Below the pieces are notes generated by a model, which worked only from the letters and a program-made list of their open reading frames with translations, did not search any database and was not told the DNA's origin. A stretch of DNA of 16,637 nt from Chlamydiia bacterium (GTDB lineage Bacteria > Chlamydiota > Chlamydiia > Chlamydiales > 2-12-FULL-49-11): the NCBI GenBank assembly GCA_044359535.1, contig JBIKLZ010000026.1, forward strand, positions 1 to 16,637. Reading direction: 5' to 3'. Shown one piece after another: positions 1 to 9,114 of the stretch. Each line of letters starts with the position of its first letter. Within the stretch, counting starts at the first letter, position 1. Both the position numbers and the translations under genes were made by a program.

Positions 1-832
1 AAGGAGATTTTTTACTCTCACCTGTACTATCAATGGATCTGCGCGCATACTGAATAGGGATCTTTCGTACCCCTTGAAGAATCATAACTGTACCGACAAT
101 AATTGCTACAAAAATTACAGAAAGGACAATTAAAGAAGTAAGGGTCAGTTGTCCAGCTTCTTGTGACTCTATATTTAATCCTGAAATAATTGTTCCTAAG
201 GTTCTTGGAACAGCAGCTAAAATCCCTAACGAGATAATCATACTAATACCGTTACCAATGCCCTTTTCTGAAATTTGCTCCCCTATCCACATTAAAAACA
301 AAGTGCCTGTTGTCATAGAAATGATTGTCACAAGATAAAAAAGCCATGGAACGCCAAATGCTGTTACTTGTGTAAATTCTGAAAAGACAACCCCCGGTGT
401 GGCCACATTAAAACCTAAAGCTTGCTTTGCATATAATGCCGATTGAAAAATGGCTATGAAAAGGGTGAGAACTTTTGTCCATTTCCCTAACTTTCTTTTC
501 CCTGCATCTCCATTTTCCCTAATTTCCTTTTGAAAAGAAGGGACAAGACTCATTAAAAGCTGAATAAAAATGGATGCTGTAATATAAGGCATCACACCTA
601 GGGCTACTAATGTCATCTTAGCAAAAGCACCCCCAGTAAAGACATCTACGAGTTGAAAGAAATTTTGACCGCCCCCTACTGCTTGCCTAAAAGACTGAAG
701 AATGAGCTCTCCATTTATTCCAGGGACTGTAACATAAGCTCCTATTCTACAGATCAATAACATTAAAAGAACAAAACCAATTTTTTCTCTTAACTCTTTC
801 ACCTTAAATATACTACGCAGCTTTTCAATCAT
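1..832 (-). CDS. secY: Preprotein translocase subunit SecY (N-terminal ~277 aa; runs off the left edge)
   Basis: Not in the ORF track; translated by hand from ATG at 832: MIEKLRSIFKVKELREKIGF...RIGAYVTVPGIN...VFTGGAF...ALGVMPYITASI...MWIGEQISEKGIGNGISMII...RKIPIQYARR. These are SecY signature motifs, and the gene directly follows rplO. Confidence 0.98.
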   Translation of the reverse strand, partial: MIEKLRSIFKVKELREKIGFVLLMLLICRIGAYVTVPGINGELILQSFRQAVGGGQNFFQLVDVFTGGAFAKMTLVALGVMPYITASIFIQLLMSLVPSFQKEIRENGDAGKRKLGKWTKVLTLFIAIFQSALYAKQALGFNVATPGVVFSEFTQVTAFGVPWLFYLVTIISMTTGTLFLMWIGEQISEKGIGNGISMIISLGILAAVPRTLGTIISGLNIESQEAGQLTLTSLIVLSVIFVAIIVGTVMILQGVRKIPIQYARRSIDSTGESKKSP

Positions 833-833
833 T

Positions 834-1286
834 TTAGATACGTTCTACCTTACATTTAGCGTTTAGAATCTTTTCTTCAGCACTTTTTGTAAAATGTTGT
901 GCTTTGAAATCTACTTTCACAGTCAGTTCACCGTGACCAAGTATTCTAATTTTCGCTGATGATTTCTTAGAAATCAAGTTTTTCATTTTCAATGTTTCAA
1001 GAGAGACAATATCCCCATCGACAAACTTCTCAGAAATCATTCCAAGATTGATAGAAAATTCAGGTTTAAGGAAGCTTCCGCGAGTAAATCCTCTGATAGG
1101 AACTTTTCTAAATACAGGACGTTGTCCCCCTTCAGTTCCAGCTCTTCTTTTGTAACCAGATCTTGCTTTTGCTCCTTTAATTCCACGACCACATGTTTTA
1201 CCTTTTTTTGATCCAACACCTCGGCCCACTTTCTTCATTTTTGGCTTTTGATTGTCACATATTTTAAGTTCATTAAGAGTTAACAT
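834..1286 (-). CDS. rplO: 50S ribosomal protein uL15
   Basis: KVGRGVGSKKGKTCGRGIKG...EGGQRP motif; lies between rpsE and secY; start overlaps the rpsE stop (TAATG). Confidence 0.97.
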   Translation of the reverse strand: MLTLNELKICDNQKPKMKKVGRGVGSKKGKTCGRGIKGAKARSGYKRRAGTEGGQRPVFRKVPIRGFTRGSFLKPEFSINLGMISEKFVDGDIVSLETLKMKNLISKKSSAKIRILGHGELTVKVDFKAQHFTKSAEEKILNAKCKVERI

Positions 1287-1795
1287 TATGCCATCCTCGC
1301 TTCTAGTGTTTTCTTTTTATTTTGTAGACTTGCTAGTGCTTTTATAGTTGCTCTGACCTGATTGCTCGGGTTGTTCCCTGCTAAGCTTTTAGCAACCACA
1401 TCTTTTAATCCACACATTTCTAAAACAGCTCTAATTTGTGATCCTGCAACAATTCCAGTCCCCTTTTCAGCTGCTCTGATGATTACTGTAGCTCCATCGG
1501 CAGTGGCTGTAACGTCGTGAGGAATTGTATCGCCTTCAATCTCAAATCTTCTCATACTTTTTTTGCCATCAACAACAGCTTTTGATACAGCATCTGCGAC
1601 TTCTTTTGCCTTACCAAAACCCATTCCAATAGCTCCTTTTCCATCTCCAACAATTACAAGAGCTGAAAAACTAAATCTACGTCCACCTTTTACTACTTTA
1701 GCACAACGATTGATGAATAGGACTTTTTCTTCAAAATCCTTACTTGCTGATTCTTCTTTTTTATTTGCTCGAGTATTTTTTTTCTCTTCTGCCAT
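1286..1795 (-). CDS. rpsE: 30S ribosomal protein uS5
   Basis: INRCAKVVKGGRRFSFSALVIVGDG...GKAKEV motif. Confidence 0.98.
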   Translation of the reverse strand: MAEEKKNTRANKKEESASKDFEEKVLFINRCAKVVKGGRRFSFSALVIVGDGKGAIGMGFGKAKEVADAVSKAVVDGKKSMRRFEIEGDTIPHDVTATADGATVIIRAAEKGTGIVAGSQIRAVLEMCGLKDVVAKSLAGNNPSNQVRATIKALASLQNKKKTLEARMA

Positions 1796-1810
1796 GTATA
1801 CTTATCCTCT

Positions 1811-2170
1811 TTAAAATATCAATCCAGCTTGTCTTGCACCCGTTGCAAACGTAGCTATTCTACCATGAAACTTATAGTGACCACGATCAAATACAACAGT
1901 ATTAACCCCTTTTTCCAAAGCAAGTTTTGCTAACATTTCTCCTGCTTTAAGTTCTCTTTCCTTTCTGCTTTTAATCGATTTTAATTCTTTAGAAGCTGTA
2001 GATATACCCACTATAGTAGTTGAGTTTCTATCATCAATGATTTGAGCATATACGTTTGTTAATGAACGATGTACGGATAACCTTGGTCTTTCTGAATGAA
2101 TCAAAGGCTTTCTAATTCTTCTAGCTCTTTTAGCTTGTCTTTTTTTTGCTTTTATTAATTCACTTTGCAT
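1811..2170 (-). CDS. rplR: 50S ribosomal protein uL18
   Basis: RPRLSVHRS...YAQIIDD...VVFDRGHYKFHGRI...ARQAGLIF. Confidence 0.98.
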   Translation of the reverse strand: MQSELIKAKKRQAKRARRIRKPLIHSERPRLSVHRSLTNVYAQIIDDRNSTTIVGISTASKELKSIKSRKERELKAGEMLAKLALEKGVNTVVFDRGHYKFHGRIATFATGARQAGLIF

Positions 2171-2178
2171 AATTCTTC

Positions 2179-2712
2179 CTACTTAGATTTTTTACCGGCT
2201 TTTCTCTTGATATACTCACCGTCATACTTAACACCCTTTCCTTTATAGGGTTCAGGGGGTCTTTTTGAACGGATTGTTGCACTAAATTGACCTACAAGAA
2301 CTTTATCTGTACCCGAGACATGGATCTTTGTGTTTTTCTCAACTTCAACTGTAATTCCCTGAGGGATTGAAAGTTCACAAGGATGAGAGAATCCAAGACT
2401 TAGATCGAGAATATTTCCTTTTAAAGCCGCTCTGTAACCGACTCCTACAAGTTCTAAAGTTTTTTTGTACCCTTGAGAGACACCGATAACAGCGTTGTTA
2501 AGGCGTGCTTTATCAAGGCCTGCAAAAGGTACATGCTTAATTGCTTCACTTATGACAACATTGGCAGTATTTCCATTAACAACAACAGACACTCCCTCAT
2601 GTAGACTCAAGGTAATCAACCCTTTTGGCCCTTTTACACTGACTTTGGCACCATCGACTGTCACTTGTACACCCGTTGGCAATGTTGTTGGTCTTTTTAC
2701 TAATTTTGACAT
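2179..2712 (-). CDS. rplF: 50S ribosomal protein uL6
   Basis: VKGPKG, LVGVGYRA, LGFSHP, RPPEPYKGKGVKY. Start moved from TTG 2718 to ATG 2712 (MSK...), which lies 9 nt after AGGAG. Confidence 0.97.
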   Translation of the reverse strand: MSKLVKRPTTLPTGVQVTVDGAKVSVKGPKGLITLSLHEGVSVVVNGNTANVVISEAIKHVPFAGLDKARLNNAVIGVSQGYKKTLELVGVGYRAALKGNILDLSLGFSHPCELSIPQGITVEVEKNTKIHVSGTDKVLVGQFSATIRSKRPPEPYKGKGVKYDGEYIKRKAGKKSK

Positions 2713-2734
2713 TTTCAAGTTCTCCTTTTAGGTT

Positions 2735-3124
2735 CTACCAAACAGAGCAAAGCAGCTCTCCACCTATATTTTCACGTCTAGCTTTTTCTGCATCCATTAC
2801 ACCCTTTGATGTAGATACCACAGTCTTTCCTAACCCTCTTCTTAAAACAGGGAGTTGTTCAACTCCAACATATCTTCTTCTTCCTGGTGAAGAAACACGT
2901 TTAAGATTCTTAATCATCGGTTTACGATCAGAAGTGTATTTAAGATAGACACGGATAAAATGCTTCTCATCATCTGTAAGAACTTTGTCTATAAATCCTG
3001 CTTCTATAAGAACATTTAAAATGTTCAAATTAATTTTGCTGTACAGGACATGTACAAACCTATGCTCTCTTGCTAGCGCATTTCTGATTCGAGTTAACAT
3101 ATCTGCTATTGGATCATGTATCAT
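2735..3124 (-). CDS. rpsH: 30S ribosomal protein uS8
   Basis: DPIADMLTRIRNA...RVSSPGRRRY...STSKGVM...GGELLCSVW. Confidence 0.98.
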   Translation of the reverse strand: MIHDPIADMLTRIRNALAREHRFVHVLYSKINLNILNVLIEAGFIDKVLTDDEKHFIRVYLKYTSDRKPMIKNLKRVSSPGRRRYVGVEQLPVLRRGLGKTVVSTSKGVMDAEKARRENIGGELLCSVW

Positions 3125-3141
3125 TTTAAGCGAGATCTCCC

Positions 3142-3696
3142 TTAATTACCTGTTTTCTTTTTTAAAGGCATACCCATTAATTCTAAGAACTCTACACATT
3201 CTTCATCAGAACTTGCAGTGGTTACAAAAGTAATGTTCATACCTTGTGATTTTTTCATTTTATCTAAATTTACTTCTGGAAAGACCGTTTGATCCTTTAG
3301 ACCCATGGAATAGTTTCCCCTTCCATCACACTTTCGCTTTAATCCTCTAAAATCTGGAATTCTTGGGGTAGAAATATGTATCAATTTAAACATAAAATCA
3401 TACATACGCTTTCCACGAAGAGTGACCATTGCACCGATAGGCTGATCTTCTCTAAGTTTAAAATTAGAAATAGATTTCTTTGCTTTAGTAACATAAGGCT
3501 TTTGACCTGTGATAAGCTCTAGATCCCCAATACAATATTGCAATATTTGCTTGTCATTTGCTGCATCGGCTAAACCCATACTTACAATAATTTTTGAAAG
3601 TTTAGGAATATTATGCTTATTCTTAAAATTAAACTTCTTCTGTAGACTATCTCTTACAACAGTACTATAATGTTTTTGATATTCAGATTTTTCCAT
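3142..3696 (-). CDS. rplE: 50S ribosomal protein uL5
   Basis: ITGQKP...AKKSISNFKLRE...VTLRG...PRIPDFRG...DGRGNYSMG. Confidence 0.98.
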   Translation of the reverse strand: MEKSEYQKHYSTVVRDSLQKKFNFKNKHNIPKLSKIIVSMGLADAANDKQILQYCIGDLELITGQKPYVTKAKKSISNFKLREDQPIGAMVTLRGKRMYDFMFKLIHISTPRIPDFRGLKRKCDGRGNYSMGLKDQTVFPEVNLDKMKKSQGMNITFVTTASSDEECVEFLELMGMPLKKKTGN

Positions 3697-3710
3697 ATGT
3701 TCCTAAATCA

Positions 3711-4028
3711 CTAAATTGTTCTTATTACCTTATCTTTTTTGTCAGCAAGGAGAATATAAATTTCCTTTTTGCCTTCGCTATTATATCTAGCTCTAAGCTT
3801 ATATCCTTTACCCTCTTGACAGTAAGCAACATTTGATATATTTAAAGGAGCTTCGAATTCAACAATCTGCCCTTTTCTACCATTTTGGTCGCCTTTTACA
3901 TGCTTTTTCTTTTTATTTAAACCCTTGACTATGACTTTTGTTGAGCTCACAGCTTGAAGAGTTCCTTCTTTCCCTTTTTCGTTACCAGCAATAACAATTA
4001 CTGGATCGCCAATTTTTAATCTTTTCAT
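3711..4028 (-). CDS. rplX: 50S ribosomal protein uL24
   Basis: KOW motif GDPVIVIAGNEKGKEG; EAPLNISNVA. Confidence 0.97.
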   Translation of the reverse strand: MKRLKIGDPVIVIAGNEKGKEGTLQAVSSTKVIVKGLNKKKKHVKGDQNGRKGQIVEFEAPLNISNVAYCQEGKGYKLRARYNSEGKKEIYILLADKKDKVIRTI

Positions 4029-4037
4029 AGTTCCTTC

Positions 4038-4409
4038 CTAAATTACCTCTGGTGCAAGGGAAATAATTTTCATAAATCCTCTATCTCTTAATTCACGAGC
4101 TACAGGGCCAAAAATACGTGTTCCACGTGGATTTTCAAGCTTATCATCTAAAATTACACAACTATTTACGTAAAATTTTAAAAATGAACCATCAGCACGT
4201 TTGATATGTCTTTTAGTTCTTACTATAACAGCACGAACAACATCCCCTTTTTTTACCATTGACTTCGGTTGTGTTTCTTGTACAGAACAGACGATTAAAT
4301 CACCAACACCAGCATAACGTCTTTTAGATCCTCTAAGGACTTTAATACACTTTACACGCTTTGCGCCTGTATTATCTGCAACTTCTAATTGTGACTCTTG
4401 TTGTATCAT
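4038..4409 (-). CDS. rplN: 50S ribosomal protein uL14
   Basis: [17 protein letters not shown]...[13 protein letters not shown]...[10 protein letters not shown]. Confidence 0.99.
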   Translation of the reverse strand: MIQQESQLEVADNTGAKRVKCIKVLRGSKRRYAGVGDLIVCSVQETQPKSMVKKGDVVRAVIVRTKRHIKRADGSFLKFYVNSCVILDDKLENPRGTRIFGPVARELRDRGFMKIISLAPEVI

Positions 4410-4669
4410 TGTTTATTTTCTCTCTGGTTAATAGTTGTAATGCGCCATCTTTTTAATTTAGATAGGGGTCTTGTCTCTCTGATAGTTACTGTATCCCCTA
4501 ATGAACATTCATTATTTTCATCATGAGCATAAAACTTTGTATTACGAGAAATCACCTTTTCATATCGCTTATGTCTACCGGTAGATGTGACAGTAACAAC
4601 AACTGTCTTATCCATCTTCACAGAAGTCACTTTGCCCATATAAGACTTTCTTTCATTTAGTGTTGTCAT
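4406..4669 (-). CDS. rpsQ: 30S ribosomal protein uS17
   Basis: KMDKTVVV...AHDENN...[18 protein letters not shown]. Confidence 0.98.
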   Translation of the reverse strand: MTTLNERKSYMGKVTSVKMDKTVVVTVTSTGRHKRYEKVISRNTKFYAHDENNECSLGDTVTIRETRPLSKLKRWRITTINQRENKQ

Positions 4670-4873
4670 TTAACTATTGTCTCCTTGCTGCAATGCTCTT
4701 TTAACTGTATGAGCTCTTGCAATTGTCTTTTTAATCATCTTGAACATATGAGGTTTTTCTGCAGTTTTTCTTTTATTTGCAGATACTCTTAACTTCATAA
4801 GTTCTTTTTTCCATTCGATGATTTTTTTTTCTAGCTCATCTGTCTTTAAGTTTCTTATTTCATCTAGTGTCAT
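4670..4873 (-). CDS. rpmC: 50S ribosomal protein uL29
   Basis: 67 aa basic helical protein with KKELMKLR...KPH...KKTIARAHTV, between rplP and rpsQ. Confidence 0.95.
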   Translation of the reverse strand: MTLDEIRNLKTDELEKKIIEWKKELMKLRVSANKRKTAEKPHMFKMIKKTIARAHTVKRALQQGDNS

Positions 4874-4882
4874 AGGTTTCCT

Positions 4883-5311
4883 CTAATTCTTTACCGTCTC
4901 AAGTCTTTTTACAAATCTAGTTGGGATATTTAACTTGCCTGATGCAATAGCCATCGCTCTTTGTGCATCTGGTAAAGTGATATTTCCACCCACTTCAAAT
5001 AATATTTTCCCAGGTCTGATATCTACAGCCCAATGATCTACTCCCCCTTTACCTTTACCCATACGAGTTTCAGCAGGTTTTTTAGTCACTGGTGTATGTG
5101 GAAACACACGAATCCAAACTTGACCCTTTCTACTAAAGAATCTAGTTATTGCAATCCTGCATGCCTCTAATTCATTTGCCTTTATCTTCCCTCTTCCTAA
5201 CGCCTGCATTCCATAATCGCCAAAAGCTACAAAGTTACCTGCTTTACTTAAACCTTTAAGCTGGCCCTTTTGATTCTTTCTGAATTTTGTTTTTTTCGGT
5301 TGTAGTGCCAC
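4883..5311 (-). CDS. rplP: 50S ribosomal protein uL16 (GTG start)
   Basis: PKKTKFRK...VWIRVFP...[13 protein letters not shown]. Confidence 0.98.
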   Translation of the reverse strand: MALQPKKTKFRKNQKGQLKGLSKAGNFVAFGDYGMQALGRGKIKANELEACRIAITRFFSRKGQVWIRVFPHTPVTKKPAETRMGKGKGGVDHWAVDIRPGKILFEVGGNITLPDAQRAMAIASGKLNIPTRFVKRLETVKN

Positions 5312-5320
5312 TGTAACCCC

Positions 5321-5965
5321 CTATCTTCCTGCGATTTCTTTCGACATTTCATTTCTAGTTATCCAAACCTTAACCCCTAAAGTACCGTAGGTTGTCTCAG
5401 CTCTTGCTGATGCATAATCTAAATCCACTCTCAAAGTTTGCATTGGAATTTTTCCTTCCTTATACCACTCTTTTCTCGCAATTTCTGCACCTGCTAGCCT
5501 TCCTGAGCATTGTACTTTAATCCCTAAAGCCCCTGCATCCATTGTTGACTGCATCGCTTTTTTCAAGGCTCTTCTAAAAGCTGTCCTTCTTTTCAACTGC
5601 ATTGCAATAGCTTCAGCAACTAATTTTGCATCAAGATCTGGTCTTTTAATCTCTTCCACTTCAAGCCATACTTCTTTACCAGTGAATTTTTTTAGATCAT
5701 TTTTTAAGATTTCGATTTCAGTTCCCTTTTTTCCAATCACTAACCCAGGTCTTGCAGTATGAATTGTCACTTCAACTTTATCACCCATACGCTTAATTGT
5801 GATTTTGCTCGCTGATTGACAAGAAGGTTTTTGCATAAGAAATTTTCTAATTTTGTGATCGCCTAATAAATTCTCAGCAAAATGTTTCTTTGAAGAAAAC
5901 CAGCTAGATTTCCAATCCTTTCTGATAGCAAGTCTAAAACCTGTTGGATTTGTCTTTTGGCCCAT
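5321..5965 (-). CDS. rpsC: 30S ribosomal protein uS3
   Basis: MGQKTNPTGFRL, HTARPGLVIGKKG, SGRLAGAEIAR. Start set to the canonical MGQK ATG at 5965 rather than TTG 5983, which lies inside rplV. Confidence 0.98.
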   Translation of the reverse strand: MGQKTNPTGFRLAIRKDWKSSWFSSKKHFAENLLGDHKIRKFLMQKPSCQSASKITIKRMGDKVEVTIHTARPGLVIGKKGTEIEILKNDLKKFTGKEVWLEVEEIKRPDLDAKLVAEAIAMQLKRRTAFRRALKKAMQSTMDAGALGIKVQCSGRLAGAEIARKEWYKEGKIPMQTLRVDLDYASARAETTYGTLGVKVWITRNEMSKEIAGR

Positions 5966-5966
5966 A

Positions 5967-6329
5967 CTACTTTTTCTCCCCAATTGAAACTTTATTTTTT
6001 ACATCGACACCAATTGTTAAATGACTTGTTTTTCTCTCAATTGGAGCTCTCATTCCGCGGCTTCTTGTCCAAGCTCTTTTATGAAATGTTCCTTTATCTA
6101 CATATGCCTCTGAGATATAAAGATCGCTTTCATTGGCATCATTATTGTGAACCGCATTAGCAACAGCTGACTTTAAAGTTTTAGCAAGCATTCTTCCTGA
6201 TTTAGTTCCTGTTTGATTCAATTGGAACAAAGCCTCTGGAATATCTTTCCCTCTGATTAAATTAATAACAACGCGAGCTTTTTGAGGGCTTACTTTTGCG
6301 TGTCTTGTAATTGCTCTAGCAAGAGCCAT
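5967..6329 (-). CDS. rplV: 50S ribosomal protein uL22
   Basis: SPQKARVVINLIRGK...LKSAVANA...KTSHLTI. Confidence 0.97.
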   Translation of the reverse strand: MALARAITRHAKVSPQKARVVINLIRGKDIPEALFQLNQTGTKSGRMLAKTLKSAVANAVHNNDANESDLYISEAYVDKGTFHKRAWTRSRGMRAPIERKTSHLTIGVDVKNKVSIGEKK

Positions 6330-6343
6330 AATTTTCTCCTAAT

Positions 6344-6607
6344 TTACTTCTTAGTTCCTGGTTTTCTATAAATACGTGTTGGAGAAAACTCACCGAGTTT
6401 ATGCCCCACCATATTCTCACTTACAAACACAGGAATAAACTTTTTCCCATTGTGCACTTCAAAATTAAGGCCAATCATCTCAGGCGTTACCATTGAACGT
6501 CTAGACCAAGTCTTAATTGGAGTTTTTATATTCTCTGTTTTCGCTTTTGTCACCTTAGCACTAAGGTGATGATCAACAAAAGGGCCTTTTCTTAACGATC
6601 TTCCCAA
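6344..6607 (-). CDS. rpsS: 30S ribosomal protein uS19 (TTG start)
   Basis: [13 protein letters not shown]...IKTWSRRS...HNGK...[13 protein letters not shown]. Confidence 0.98.
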   Translation of the reverse strand: MGRSLRKGPFVDHHLSAKVTKAKTENIKTPIKTWSRRSMVTPEMIGLNFEVHNGKKFIPVFVSENMVGHKLGEFSPTRIYRKPGTKK

Positions 6608-6617
6608 TTCCTACTCC

Positions 6618-7442
6618 TTATTTTTTCCTACGGTCTTTTACGATTAACTTCTTACTCTTTCTCTTAGATCTTGTCTTATATCCTTTAGCAGGAGTTCCCC
6701 AAGGAGATGTAGGATGACGACCTTTTGATTTTCCTTCACCACCACCCATACAACCGTCTACAGGGTTTGTTACTGTTGCTCGAGTAAGAGGTCTTCTACC
6801 TAACCAACGATTTCTTCCCGCTTTACCAATAACCATAAGGTTATGTTCAGGATTTGATACAACACCTAAAGTAGCTCTACATGTATCTTTTACTAAACGT
6901 ACTTCCCCAGAAGGCATCTTTAACGTTGCGTAACCGCCACTTCTTGCCATAAGTTGCGCTGAACTTCCTGCAGATCTTACCATTTGAGCCCCTTTTCCTG
7001 GAATCAACTCAATATTATGAATGGTTGATCCTACGGGCATTGCATTTAAAGGAAGGCAGTTTCCTGTTCGTAAAGGAGCCTCTACTCCAGATTGAACCAC
7101 ATCTCCTTGCTTTAATCCACGAGGTGCAATGATATATTTTTTTTCTCCATCTAGATAATGAAGTAGAGCAATGTGTGAAGATCTATTTGGATCGTATTGA
7201 ATTGAATCTACTTTTGCTTTTACACCATCTTTATCTCTTTTGAAATCAATAATACGATAATGTTTCTTATGACCGCCCCCACGAGCTCGTGAAGTAAGAT
7301 GTCCTTTTGAGTTTCTTCCAATACCTGTGGTTTTTTTTGATAACAAAGACTTCAATGGTGTCGCATTCTTTGTTAACTCTTCAATTCCAGGGAGAACAAG
7401 AGTTCTTCTTCCAGGTGTAGTAGGCTTATATTTTCTTAGCAT
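6618..7442 (-). CDS. rplB: 50S ribosomal protein uL2
   Basis: [52 protein letters not shown]...SPWG. Confidence 0.99.
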   Translation of the reverse strand: MLRKYKPTTPGRRTLVLPGIEELTKNATPLKSLLSKKTTGIGRNSKGHLTSRARGGGHKKHYRIIDFKRDKDGVKAKVDSIQYDPNRSSHIALLHYLDGEKKYIIAPRGLKQGDVVQSGVEAPLRTGNCLPLNAMPVGSTIHNIELIPGKGAQMVRSAGSSAQLMARSGGYATLKMPSGEVRLVKDTCRATLGVVSNPEHNLMVIGKAGRNRWLGRRPLTRATVTNPVDGCMGGGEGKSKGRHPTSPWGTPAKGYKTRSKRKSKKLIVKDRRKK

Positions 7443-7456
7443 TTCCCGTTCCTATA

Positions 7457-7801
7457 TTAACTTTCAAACCCTAATGAGGATCCCTCATGAAGAGTTACAA
7501 TTGCTTTTTTAATTAACTTTGCAGCACCATGTCTGATTCCACGCTTTCTAGAAGTTTTTACTTTTCCAGGAAGGTTAACGATATTTACTTTCTTCACTTT
7601 TACATTTTGTTCTTTGTAGACATCTTCAATCTCTTTTCGAATTTCAATTTTATTTGCCCAATTGGCCACTACAAAGGTATGCTTTTCACATGTAAAGGCT
7701 CTCAAAGATTTATTACTTTCCTTATCTTTCAAAGAGGATAATACACTTGATTTCTCAGTTACATGCAACGCTTTGATCACTTCAGATTTTCTTCTATCCA
7801 T
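7457..7801 (-). CDS. rplW: 50S ribosomal protein uL23
   Basis: VTEKS...TFVV...ANKIEIRKEIE...KVKKVN...KKAIVTL, with an insertion after TEKS of the kind seen in chlamydial uL23. Confidence 0.95.
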   Translation of the reverse strand: MDRRKSEVIKALHVTEKSSVLSSLKDKESNKSLRAFTCEKHTFVVANWANKIEIRKEIEDVYKEQNVKVKKVNIVNLPGKVKTSRKRGIRHGAAKLIKKAIVTLHEGSSLGFES

Positions 7802-8462
7802 TATTCCCTCTCACTAAATCATTTAAGTTCTCTACAGCTGTGTCTACAACAATCACATGTTGATGAGCAAGCACTGTATATCCATCGACATTTTCAATAT
7901 ATTTAAACGAGACTTTTGGGAGATTTGATAAACTCTTTTGGAAATTTCTAATCTCTTCCCCTTCACGCTTATTCACCAAGAATAGACAACTTTTTTCTAT
8001 TCCTATATTTTTTAGGAAGCTTGCCATGATGGCTGTTTTTGGTTGCTTGCATCTGGTTGATATCTCATCTTTGAAGAACACAACGCGATCATTTTCAATT
8101 TTTTCAGAAAGAAGGGTTGCAATAACCATTCTCTTTTCTTTTCTATTGATTCTAACGTGTTGATCAAATTTCGGTTTAGGGGTATGGACTCTTCCACCTC
8201 CCTTATATTGAGGGGCTCCTAAAAACCCTTGTCTTGCTTTACCTGTCCCTTTTTGAGCATGAGGCTTAGCCCCTGAATGGTTAGATTGGCTTCGATCTTT
8301 TGTGTTTGCCGACCACTGTCTAGCGTTTTCTCTTAAAGCTTTAATATAATCTTTTATTGACTGAGGATGCGCTCTTCCATCTGTTGCTAAGATAGCTAAT
8401 TCAATTGGATTAAGCTCTTTTCCATCAAGGTCATACTGTTTACATTTCTTTGACATCGTCAT
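7794..8462 (-). CDS. rplD: 50S ribosomal protein uL4
   Basis: NARQWSANTKDRS...KPHAQKGTGKARQG...PQYKGGG...INRKEKR. The start may be the second ATG at 8456 (better SD spacing). Confidence 0.97.
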   Translation of the reverse strand: MTMSKKCKQYDLDGKELNPIELAILATDGRAHPQSIKDYIKALRENARQWSANTKDRSQSNHSGAKPHAQKGTGKARQGFLGAPQYKGGGRVHTPKPKFDQHVRINRKEKRMVIATLLSEKIENDRVVFFKDEISTRCKQPKTAIMASFLKNIGIEKSCLFLVNKREGEEIRNFQKSLSNLPKVSFKYIENVDGYTVLAHQHVIVVDTAVENLNDLVRGNNG

Positions 8463-8472
8463 TATCCTCTAA

Positions 8473-9114
8473 TTACTTCTTTCCCTTGATATTATTTCGT
8501 ACGTAGATTGTTCCGCCGTTTGCCCCTGGAACAGCCCCTTTAACAACCATCACTCCAAGTTCTTTATCAATATCGAGAACTTCTAAACCTTGAGTACAGC
8601 AGTTGGCATTACCCATTTGACCAGACCCTCTTTTACCTTTTTGCACACGCCCATGAGAGGTTAACGATCCAGAAGATCCAATATGTCTAACCACAGGTCC
8701 TGAACCGTGAGATTTAGCAATACAAGCAACCCCGTATCTTTTTACAACCCCTTGGTGCCCCTTACCTTTTGTAACCCCATGAACATCTACATATGAACCG
8801 ACTGAAAAGTAGGTAGAGTCAACGCTATCGCCTGCTTTCAAATCAAAAGAACCTCTTGACTCAAGCAACGTTTTCATCGGGGTAAGACCGTTTTTAAACT
8901 GACCAAGATCAGGCTTTCTCGCCCTTCTTTTTTCAGCATCACTTAAAGCAAAAGCTGCAAGTTTTACAGCCTCATACCCATCGTTTTCTTCAGATTTAGA
9001 CTGAAGCACAAGGTGCGATTGAATTTCAAGAACAGTGCATGGAATATTTTTTCCACTTTTAGAACAGAAAACGCGAGTCATCCCACGCTTCTTTCCAATT
9101 AGAGTTAGAGACAT
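8473..9114 (-). CDS. rplC: 50S ribosomal protein uL3
   Basis: IGKKRGMTRVF, DGYEAV, VDVHGVTKGKG, SHGS, VKGAVPG. Start set at ATG 9114 (AAAGGA-N7-ATG) instead of 9147. Confidence 0.97.
   Translation of the reverse strand: MSLTLIGKKRGMTRVFCSKSGKNIPCTVLEIQSHLVLQSKSEENDGYEAVKLAAFALSDAEKRRARKPDLGQFKNGLTPMKTLLESRGSFDLKAGDSVDSTYFSVGSYVDVHGVTKGKGHQGVVKRYGVACIAKSHGSGPVVRHIGSSGSLTSHGRVQKGKRGSGQMGNANCCTQGLEVLDIDKELGVMVVKGAVPGANGGTIYVRNNIKGKK

Noticed and set aside
1037-8197. Short alternative-frame and antisense ORFs inside the r-protein operon (1037, 1563, 2495, 2676, 2985, 5957, 7327, 7529, 8012)
   Set aside because: They overlap conserved genes and look like shadow ORFs with no independent evidence.
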